Part shown: positions 53,661-64,000 of the stretch, piece after piece | Layout of the letters: each line of letters opens with the position of its first letter | Numbering within the stretch: the stretch's first letter is position 1 | Assembly: GCA_964016885.1 (NCBI GenBank) | Contig: OZ024743.1 | Span: 154,318,001 to 154,382,000 of the forward strand | Origin: Eledone cirrhosa | Taxonomy: Eukaryota | Direction of reading: 5' to 3' | DNA length: 64,000 bases | Notes under the pieces: generated by a model | What the model was told of the DNA's origin: nothing | Seen by the model: only the letters and a program-made list of their open reading frames with translations | Databases searched by the model: none | Translations under genes and position numbers: made by a program

Positions 53661-54009
53661 TAAATGCTCTTTTAATAATATTACGCTTTTACAACTTGCA
53701 GGTTGACTGATTTATAGAGTGGCAGTTATATGTCTAATAAAGTAACACTACACACAACTGATAACAGGGCACTCATACGAACAACTAATTGAATCAACGA
53801 TACGAAGTTTTTAAAGTTATTAATAATTTGTAAATTATTTCAAAATAAGTGTTAATTATTGAATATATATATATCACATCCAGTAAGAAAGAAAAAGACA
53901 TAAATATGTCATATGGTTCGCGCCACCTTTTTCACTGAATGTGAAAACTAATGTAAAATATTCCTAGCCTTCATAGATCTCCAATTCCTTGTTGGCCATT
54001 AATATCGAA

Positions 54010-54530
54010 AGATATTTAATCGCCATATAGTAAAAATATGATACTCTTGCACTAACAATGTTAAATCCTACAACACCGGCAAATGCAAAAGCTCTCCACC
54101 GTACGGATACTCATGTAGAAGAACAGCAACATGCTTACTAGACCAACACTGCAACACTCCGGTTGTGATATACCAAGCAGAGGTTACCTCCATAAACCAA
54201 AACCACCAAACTGAAGCCTTGGACTATGTCCGTATGCCCGAGAGCCGGTTTGAATATAGGTACCTGAATCATGAAACAATCTACAGATATCCTGGCAAAA
54301 AATACCACCCAGCTTGCAAATCACGCATGGAGCCTTAGGAACAACAGCACACATTTTCCCATTGAATGGTGGAAATTAGAAAGATCTACCGCCTATGCGA
54401 ATGAATCAAATATTTGTGGCTTTTGTAATTCTGACAAATGGTAGATACCCTCACAACTTCCTTCAGATAAACACCGACTAAACACACGGCTTGAATGCTT
54501 TGGCAGCTGTCTTCATGAGATGAAGTATAT
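54010..54530 (+). mobile_element. Decayed PLE GIY-YIG fragment
   Basis: VVIYQAEV..TTQLANHAWSL..ICGFCNS..RLNTRLECFGSCLH, same architecture as 29817-30308. Confidence 0.65.
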
Positions 54531-55009
54531 TTAGATAAATGATTTAGAAATATACTTTAATTTACTGACTATTTTGAATATCAAGGAAATTGGATTCTTA
54601 TTTTTCTTCTATTTTTATTCAATCTTAACTGCGGTTTCTCAAGAGTAACCTCCCTTGATCTTACCTTCTATTGAAAAAACAAACCCCTTTTCTAACTAAT
54701 TCCTAAATTACCTGCCTTTGTATAAACTCTGAAGATATATTTCTAAAAGGAAAGCACAATCAACCCCAGGCTGCCACCTTTATTTTTATTTCACTTATGG
54801 CAGGCCGAAGTGTCCAACAGAAGTTAAATGTGAGAAAGTGAACTGATTTTGAACTACCCACACAAAGATTTGATTGAAATGGTGAAGGCTTGTGTAGGAC
54901 CAACAACACTTTTTGGAACTGAAGACACATATCTTCGGTGCAAATGTTTTCCACGGAAAATACGACAACCCCTCCCACCCCCAACGCCCCAAAAGAAAAT
55001 TCTATGTGG

Positions 55010-55185
55010 ATGGCTGTTGACTCTGCTGAGTTACTTCGCCCTTTGCCGGGTCTTGTATTTCATTCTGCAGGGTTTCCAAATATCACCCTCCTCACCAAGG
55101 GAACTTGATGGGGTTCCCTCTTTAGTCACCGACAACCCGTCCATGAGATACGTTGTACTGAGTTGTCGAGAGTGACCCGACATTA
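55010..55185 (-). mobile_element. Head of the 37186-37385 repeat family
   Basis: Reverse complement ATGTCGGGTCACTC..GGGTTGTCGG.GACTAAA. Confidence 0.7.
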
Positions 55186-55514
55186 TCCATATATATATAT
55201 ATAGGATAACAAGGTATCGTTTAAGGTAATCCAGCTAGATTTTGTGAGTACTCTGTAATATGGCTAGTTTTAATGTCCGGCGTTGTTGGACACAACAAGA
55301 AAAAAGATCAGCGTCTTTTAGAACCACCTTATTAATGAAACAATTCTTAATACTGTAAATAAACCCTTTTGCACAGCCCACCATGTTATTCTTCATTCTT
55401 TTACTGCATATATGTATATATATATATATAGTTGTGTATAATGGTAGCTATGGTGCTTCCATAGGCGGTATGCCAAAATTAGCATTCGATATTCAGCTGC
55501 ATAGAGTGTAGATT

Positions 55515-55742
55515 GTATAAAGAAAACGAAAAATCAGTGATGCATCTGGACTTAATTTATTGCGTGTTACAATAGTTTCGCTGGTAATTGTTTCGTCGAA
55601 ACATACGTATCTGAAAGAACCCGCAGAAGTAGAATCAGCCAGATCCATACAAGGAGCATGTCTCGAGCTACCTGCCGGAGAAACAATTGTAACACGCAGT
55701 AAATTAAGTCCAGTGGCATCACTGTATTTTCGTTTTCTTTAT
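55515..55742 (+). mobile_element. ~230-bp fold-back element with ~65-bp inverted arms around a hammerhead-like core
   Basis: TATAAAGAAAACG..GTTACAATAGTTTC / GAAACAATTGTAAC..CGTTTTCTTTATA; related to 62340-62680 and 58388-58424. Confidence 0.65.
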
Positions 55743-55744
55743 AC

Positions 55745-55795
<51 letters not shown>

Positions 55796-55799
55796 ATGT

Positions 55800-55887
<88 letters not shown>

Positions 55888-55901
55888 GTATAAATATATA
55901 T

Positions 55902-55967
<66 letters not shown>

Positions 55968-56054
55968 ATATATATATATATTTATATTCATATATATATA
56001 TATATTTATATATATATATATATTTATATGTATATATATATATTTATATATATA

Positions 56055-56097
<43 letters not shown>

Positions 56098-56247
56098 ATA
56101 TATATATACATATAAATATATATATATATATAAATATTTATATATATATGAATATAAATATATATATATATATATATAAATATAAATATATATATATATA
56201 CATATAAATATATATGAATATATATATATATATATATTCATATATAT

Positions 56248-56293
<46 letters not shown>

Positions 56294-56380
56294 ATATATA
56301 TATATATTTATATTCATATATATATATATATTTATATATATATATATATTTATATGTATATATATATATTTATATATATA

Positions 56381-56419
<39 letters not shown>

Positions 56420-56532
56420 ATATATATATACATATAAATATATATATATATATATAAATATATATATATATATGAATATAAATATATATATATATAAATA
56501 TAAATATATATATATATACATATAAATATATA

Positions 56533-56589
<57 letters not shown>

Positions 56590-56617
56590 ATATATATATA
56601 TACATATATATATATAC

Positions 56618-56648
<31 letters not shown>
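55745..56648. repeat. Long imperfect (TA)n tract with internal inverted/duplicated blocks
   Basis: Direct reading. Confidence 0.95.
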
Positions 56649-56740
56649 GATGAGATTCTACAGGACTAGAACTGTTTCATTCATTAGAAATCATCATTCT
56701 AATGAATGAAACAGTTCTAGTCCTGTAGAATCTCATCTAT
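56646..56740. repeat. Perfect 44-bp palindrome with 7-nt spacer
   Basis: ATAGATGAG..CATTAGAA-ATCATCA-TTCTAATG..CTCATCTAT. Confidence 0.92.
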
Positions 56741-56815
56741 ATTAAAACTGTTATACTCTGCTATGTATTGAGTACCTTACTTACTGTGGTTACCTCCGAT
56801 TCAACCCGGAATAAC

Positions 56816-56915
<100 letters not shown>

Positions 56916-57169
56916 ACATACATATATATATAATATATTTAGAAACACACAGATACATGCGGACACACACATATACATGAATGCATCCGCACCCAACCGT
57001 GAGTTAAGGGTGCCAACTTCACCGATGTTGGTCAATGAATGACTGGGACAGACCAATGCGGTTGAACCAGACTGAACCAGTATCAGAGTTAAAAATACAT
57101 TATGAAGAGAGAAGAAACATTTAGATATAATTAGTAATAAAATGTATCATACCTAAACTGCTCCTAGAT

Positions 57170-57259
57170 TCCTCGACTGCGTAGTTTCGTGGCATAAACA
57201 AAAACAATACATCATAAAGATATAGAGTCCTTGCGAGGTCTGCCGACTTATCAAGAGGA
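57170..57259 (-). ncRNA. Type I hammerhead, U3-A8 core variant (inverted copy)
   Basis: Reverse complement of 57613-57702. Confidence 0.65.
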
Positions 57260-57612
57260 TACCTCATTTTACTAGTCTCAAGAACGCGTCTAAACCATTC
57301 ATGTATATGTGTGTGTCCGCATGTATCTGTGTGTTTCTAAAAATATTGTTAATAACTCCCTCTGGTCGAGCAATCTTTGAAGTGTAGGGACTGCTGGAAA
57401 GCTTCCATTAGTCATACTTCTCGATCCCTTCACCACCTCTTCTACGGCTTCGATATAAATACCCCCTCCGCCTCCGTGGTATTTTCTTCGGGGTTATAAG
57501 AGGCTTAGCTCTGTTTCTCGACCGTTATATCGCGTGTTTATCTCACCCTCCGCCTTTTGGGATTCTTTCTCACGTCGTGTAGACGCGTTCTTGAGACTAG
57601 TAAAATGAGGTA

Positions 57613-57702
57613 TCCTCTTGATAAGTCGGCAGACCTCGCAAGGACTCTATATCTTTATGATGTATTGTTTTTGTTTATGCCACGAAACTACGCAGTCGAG
57701 GA
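57613..57702 (+). ncRNA. Type I hammerhead, U3-A8 core variant
   Basis: TCCTC-TTGATAA-GTCGGCA...TGCCAC-GAAAC-TACGCA-GTC-GAGGA. Confidence 0.7.
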
Positions 57703-58205
57703 ATCTAGGAGCAGTTTAGGTATGATACATTTTATTAACTAATTATATCTAAATGTTTCTTCTCTCTTCATAATGTATTTTTAACTCTGATACTGATTCA
57801 GTCTGGTTCAACCGGATTGGTCTGTCCCAGTCATTCATTGAGCAACATCGGTGAAGTTGGCACCCTTAACTCACGGTTGGGTGCGGATGCATTCATGTAT
57901 ATGTGTGTGTCCGCATGTATCTGTGTGTTTCTAAATATATTGTTAATAACTCCCTCTGGTCGAGCAATCTTTGAAGTGTAGGGACTGCTGGAAAGCTTCC
58001 ATTACTCATACTTCTCGCCTCCTTCACCACCTCTTCTACGGCTTCGATATAAATACCCCTCCGCCTCCGTGGTATTTTCTTCGGGGTTATAAGAGGCTTA
58101 GCTCTGTTTCTCGACCGTTATATCGCGTGACTATCTCCCCCTCCGCCTTTTGTGATTCTTTCTCACGTCGTGTAGACGCGTTCTTGAGACTACTAAAATG
58201 AGGTA

Positions 58206-58295
58206 TCCTCTTGATAAGTCGGCAGACCTCGCAAGGACTCTATATCTTTATGATGTATTGTTTTTGTTTATGCCACGAAACTACGTAGTCGAGGA
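58206..58295 (+). ncRNA. Type I hammerhead, U3-A8 core variant
   Basis: TCCTC-TTGATAA-GTCGGCA...TGCCAC-GAAAC-TACGTA-GTC-GAGGA; palindromic loop III. Confidence 0.72.
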
Positions 58296-58422
58296 ATCTA
58301 GGAGCAGTTTAGGTATGATACATTTTATTACTAATTATATCTAAATGTTACTCCTCTTTTCATAATATATATATATATATATATAGTATAAAGAAAACGA
58401 AATTCAGTGATGCCTCTGGACT

Positions 58423-58498
<76 letters not shown>

Positions 58499-58776
58499 GA
58501 GAGCGAGAGAGAGAGAGAGAGAGAGTGATAAATCTACTAAAATATACGGTAGTGTCAAATCCGTATGAAGAATTCAATGTAATCCAAATATCATGGAAAT
58601 AGAAGATGTATTCAAAGATTGTTCGATGAAAATCACAGGAAAACAGAGTCAAGATAAATTAATAAAAACAATGAATAAAAACAAAGAACAAGTTCCTTAT
58701 ATTAAAAAAATCATTATTTTACCATCGTTTCTAGGATATATATGTGTGTTAGTATGTATATCATATAGATCTGTGT

Positions 58777-58821
<45 letters not shown>

Positions 58822-60036
58822 AAGAAATTAAAAGATGGTTTAAAAAGTTCCGTATATTTTATTAGGCGCATTTCGAAAGCGACATCATCCTGGGACAATA
58901 ATTGTGTTCTCATTAAAAAAATATAAGGTAACATGATATGAGATCTAGAAACACTTGTGAACAAGAAATGATCCAGTCACCATATGACAAAAATATAAGA
59001 GAAGAGAAAAACATAAGAAAAATGAAGAAATGATAGAAGAAGGAAAAAGGAAAAGAAATAGATGAGGAAAAAGAAAGAAAGAGGAGGAAGAAAGAGAAAG
59101 AGAGAGAGATAGTTCTGATCGGGAACGTTGACCAAAAATGAATAACGGCTAAAAATATATATATATAATAAAAATGAAAATAAGTATAAACATAAATAAA
59201 TAAATAAATAGATTGAAGAGGTGAATATGCTAATATAACGATTATTAGATGTCTAGAATATATAAACTGTGTATATTATTTAATATTGAGTTTGAATACT
59301 AAAAATTGGATTAAGAATTGTAAAAATGTATTAATAAAATAAAATAAAATAAAATAATATAAAGTAAAAAAAAATAAATTAAAAGTAAAATAAAAATTAA
59401 AATTAAATTAACAATAATAATAATAATAATTATAAAAAAGGAGTTTTTAAAATAATATAAAATGTATAAAATAAAATAAAATAAAATAAAGTAATATAAA
59501 ATAAAATAAAATAAAATAAGATAGACTAGAATAACAAAGACAAGAATAAAAAATAAAAATAATAAATAAAATTAAGAATAGTCCATCTTTGTCAAAATTA
59601 AGAATTACTAATAACATTTTTTTTATATGTGGGGTATAGTATTAGATTATTATATTAATATTCAAATGAACAAGTAAATAAAGGAAATAGCTAGAAAGGC
59701 TTAAACGTAAAAAGACATATGACGTCAAAGATTGTTTACAAAATCTACGAAGGTTTGAACGAAAACATTAACGTCAATAGAGAAAGAAGGTGAAAGGCTT
59801 AATAATGCAAAGAAAAGGGGATTAATACATTGTAGAATATAAAGAAATATGTGAGAAAAAATGTGTGAAAAGATATCCTTCATTTTTTATTTTTCCTCGT
59901 CTATTTCTTTTCCTTTTTCCTTCTTCTTTCCTTTTCTTCATTTTCCCTATTTTTTCTCTTCTCTTAATTTTTTGTCATATGTTGACTGAACACTTTCTTG
60001 TTAACAAGTGTTTTTAGGCCTCATATCATGTTACCT

Positions 60037-60106
60037 TATTTTATCTGATGAGAAAACAAATTTTGTCCCAGGATGATGTTGTTTTCGAAATGCGCATAAT
60101 AAAATA
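60037..60106 (+). ncRNA. Type I hammerhead ribozyme, intact
   Basis: TATTTTAT-CTGATGA-GAAAACAA..TTGTTTTC-GAAAT-GCGC-ATA-ATAAAATA. Confidence 0.85.
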
Positions 60107-60289
60107 CGGACTTTTTAAACCATCTTTTAATTTCTTCTTTATATATACTCCAGTTCTACCAACTATTTGATATATGCATAGTTGTATTGTTCTACAATAT
60201 TACTCACCTCCTACATTAGCCTGTTCCTTGATTGTTTGAGCGCTTACTCTTATATCGATACTATTGATAGTCTCTACTTCTATTATAAC

Positions 60290-61640
60290 ATGGATTACTA
60301 CAGCATCACAACTTCAATTAAAGACATACCTACTTCGAGAAAAACTGAATTTAAAAAACTTTTGATAGAAAAAAACTGACTCTTTCGTGCGGAGGCTTAG
60401 ATGGATCGCATATTTCCATGTCCAGCGCTTAAATGGAAATCTTTATAGATGTGAACATAATAACCTCGATTCATTATTTTACTCCAGAAGGAATCTTCCA
60501 TTTAATAAACACTTAGCACATTTTGAAAAGGAATTAACTAAAATTATACGAGGACTTAAATTCAAAAGAAACCCTTATAGAGGCCAGGGACACCTTATCA
60601 ACCTTAAGAATGAAATCAATGACCTTAATACTTCTAAAAACGTTTTAGTTCATTCTGACAAATCAAAATAATTGATATGGCTTAAGTAAGGATAAATATA
60701 ATAAACTTATCCGTACGCAACTAAGAAAACATTATCGCAAAGCCACCCATGACAATCTTGAGTCTATTAATCTTGAAGCATATGAGATCATTACCAAACA
60801 TGGTATCGGGAGAAAAACAGAACCCATTTCCCAAGAATTCCGAGGATTAGTCTGAAAGATCACAAAACAAATTTTTGAACTGACTAGCCTGTAAGACTAA
60901 TTGCCACTTCTAAATCTAACCTGGGGCTGTTAGTAAATCCATCTTGGATAGATTATCCCACAGCTTTGCTCTAATTCTCAATTAAATTTATGGTTGTGTA
61001 CTTTTGATGTGATAGACTGGTTCAATGGCCTGAATAATAAAAACAAACTAAAATTTATTTAGTTAGACATTGTTAGCTATTACTCTTCTATCTCTCCTTC
61101 AATCCTTAACAAGTTTCTCTTATATGCATCTAAATACGCGGACATCACTACTGATGTATTGAACATCAGTCTCACCGCTAGGAAAACCATCCTGAAATTT
61201 AACGATGAATATTGGACAAGAGCTGATACTCCCAACAATTTTGACATCACCATAGGTTCGTCGGATCCAGCGCAATTGACAGAATTGGTTTGAACTTTAA
61301 TCTTGAACTCTTTAAATCGGAGAATTCCTCAACTTCGCGGTGGAATATATTGTGATGATGCCCTTTTTACTGTCTTAAAGTGTAACAAAGTCAACCTTAA
61401 TATTATTAAGAAAATATACTTGAATTATTTAACCATTTCAACCTAAAAGTAGAATTTGAGAATAAGGATAAATTAGCAAATTTCCTAGATATATCCCTTA
61501 ATATAGATACCTGCATATATTACCCATACCATAAGGATAACGAGAACCTAAATTATGTTAACTTTAAATCAAACCACCCTAATAATGTTAAAACTGCTAT
61601 AGGTAGAAGTGTTGAAAATAGAATTTCTAATTTATCCTCT
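60290..61640 (+). pseudogene. PLE reverse transcriptase remnant (endonuclease deleted)
   Basis: SIKDIP..RRLRWIAYF, VHSDKS, SLKDHK, DIVSYYSSIS, FDITIGS, GIYCDDAL, NFLDISLN, KSNHP; many stops and frameshifts. Confidence 0.85.
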
Positions 61641-61701
61641 AATATGTTGACTGGACACTTTCTTGTTCACAAGTGTTTTTAGGCCTCATTTCATTTTATC
61701 T

Positions 61702-61770
61702 TATTTTATCTGATGAGAACACAATTTTGTCCCAGGATTATGTTGTTTTCGAATTGCGCATAATAAAATA
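61702..61770 (+). ncRNA. Type I hammerhead copy with GAAA>GAAT change
   Basis: Direct repeat of 60037-60106. Confidence 0.6.
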
Positions 61771-61912
61771 TATTTTTTTAACCGTCTTTTAACTTCTTCT
61801 TTATATATACTCCAGTTCTGCCAACGCTTGAGTGCTACTTATCTGATATATGCATAGTTTTATTGTTCTACAATATTACTCACCCCCTACATTATATTTA
61901 TACATATATATA

Positions 61913-62268
<356 letters not shown>

Positions 62269-62272
62269 TATA

Positions 62273-62304
<32 letters not shown>

Positions 62305-62466
62305 AATATATATATATATATTTATTCATTTATTCATTTATTTATTTACAGTATTAACAATTGTTTCATTAATCAGATGGTTCTAAAATCCGGTGATCTT
62401 TTTTCTTGTGTCAAACAACGCCGGATGTTAAAACTAGGGAAAGATAATTTGCTTCGAAATCACTAG

Positions 62467-62558
62467 GCGTATCTGAGGAACTTGCGAATCCAGAGTCAGG
62501 TTCGATCCACAAACAAATTGCACCTGACCTGTTCACCGGAGAAATAATTGTAATACGT
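62467..62558 (+). ncRNA. Hammerhead-like motif related to 55605-55697
   Basis: GCGTAT-CTGAGGA...GAAAT-AATT-GTA-ATACGT; stem II unclear. Confidence 0.45.
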
Positions 62559-62678
62559 AATAAATTGTGTTCCGATGCATGACTGATTCTTCATTTTCCA
62601 CTGTAACATACTCGACTCCGAAGGAGCATAGAGTGCTCAACCGCCATACTGCCTATGGATACATCCTAGCAACGATAC

Positions 62679-62744
<66 letters not shown>

Positions 62745-62804
62745 CATATTTATAAAAATTATAAAAAATAAACAAAGAAGCCTTCAATACATCACAAGTC
62801 TTTA

Positions 62805-62850
62805 TTAGCTGACAATGTTTCGTCCCATTAATAAGGACTCATCAGAGCAA
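62805..62850 (-). ncRNA. Canonical minimal type I hammerhead ribozyme
   Basis: Minus strand: GCT-CTGATGA-GTCC-TTATTAATG-GGAC-GAAAC-ATT-GTC-AGC. Confidence 0.85.
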
Positions 62851-64000
62851 GTAAAGAGACAAGAAGCTTTAACGGCCAGAACAAGCCACCACTCAGAAGA
62901 ACAGGGAATGTATATCTATGAAAACTTAGGAAAGACATCATGGAAAGACATGCTAAAGCTAAAAGTGTGCATTTGCACATATAGTCTATAGGGCAAGAGA
63001 GCCAGTAATATGTCAAACCCACGTTGAAAGAACAATATAAGACAAATACATGAAACACAACATGGTAATACAATATGAGAATTATATGATATAGAATACA
63101 ATATAATGGATAATAAGAAATAAAATGCTTAATATATATGTCTATATATATATCCATATATATACACATTTAAACAACACATACTAACACTTATTTAAAT
63201 ATTTAAATATAAGTATACTCGTTATAATATAATAATCATTATAATAGCATAATCAGCCTGACGGTGTGCATAAACAATATCAAAAACATTGGAATAATAT
63301 ACTGACATTAAAAAATATATAAAACTACATCATACGTATCATTTAAGGTCAACAAATTGTATATAAAATGTTTCACAGGGTAAGAAAAAATATCATATAA
63401 AAATAAAGTATGGTGAAAAGAAAATATATAACTATATATAATATTGACAATAAATGTCCAGAGGTATATGCAGTTCAAATTCATAAAATATTACAAAACA
63501 GTACCTCAATATCGGACATTTATATATAATTCAATTACATAAAAATAATATGATATATTAATGTTAATATTGCAATAGCAGACACACAGAATCAATGGAA
63601 AATGCTTAAGACATATTTACGCGATGTATACAAATAGACATATCAGGAGACAATAACAAATGACAGGAGAACAGACAGCATGTGGTAGTAAAAAAATAAA
63701 TAAAATAAAACGAAAAACGAAAACAAAAAACAAGCACAGACACGTAGGCGTTACAAGTCATTAGGTAAATATATATAATATTACTATTCTGGATCAAAGA
63801 ATTAAATTGAAAACCTTATTAAATTAATTAATACTAAAACTGTTTAAATGACATTATGGGTCCCTTCATATGGAACCAAATTTAAGTCATCAAGGTCGAA
63901 TAAAATTAAGATATTTCAATAAGAAAACTAAAAGATCTATCAAGATATATTACGATCCGTCCAGACGAATTACGTTATCAACGAACAAAATCTAAATAAA

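Larger units (their letters stand above)
56933..58347 (+). mobile_element. Non-coding tandem repeat of ~593 nt (about 1.8 units) with a 5' inverted partial copy; PLE pLTR/retrozyme-like
   Basis: 57296-57889 repeated at 57890-58347; 56933-57292 is the reverse complement of ~57579-57941; (TA)n on both sides. Confidence 0.85.
58812..61895 (+). mobile_element. Penelope-like element (probably Naiad-type): inverted pLTR, pLTR, RT ORF remnant, pLTR
   Basis: 58812-59075 is the reverse complement of 59886-60147; 61642-61895 repeats 59977-60215; RT remnant between the direct copies. Confidence 0.85.

Overview
AT-rich eukaryotic genomic DNA made almost entirely of repeats, with many (TA)n, (GA)n, (GT)n and (ATT)n microsatellites. 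The tRNA-derived SINE family suggests a cephalopod such as Octopus, but this is inference. I found no host protein-coding exon; every recognisable ORF is a disrupted transposon remnant. Bases 1-11 kb hold a head-to-tail array of L1/Tx1-clade LINEs joined by (ATT)n, with an R4/Dong-like LINE inserted antisense into one of the (ATT)n tracts. The Tx1 copies share a structured 5' UTR and a 3' stem-loop that also appears at the 3' end of the commonest SINE here. Bases 22-63 kb hold many Penelope-like element (PLE) remnants (RT and/or GIY-YIG), mostly bordered by (TA)n and with inverted termini. They carry about 17 type I hammerhead-ribozyme motifs, ranging from intact to decayed, including a compensated U3-A8 core variant in a ~593-nt tandem repeat and a ~260-bp non-coding retrozyme-like element. 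Also present are CRE-like, RTE-like and further Dong-like LINE fragments and a decayed Tc1/mariner. All coordinates were read by eye and may be off by a few bases.
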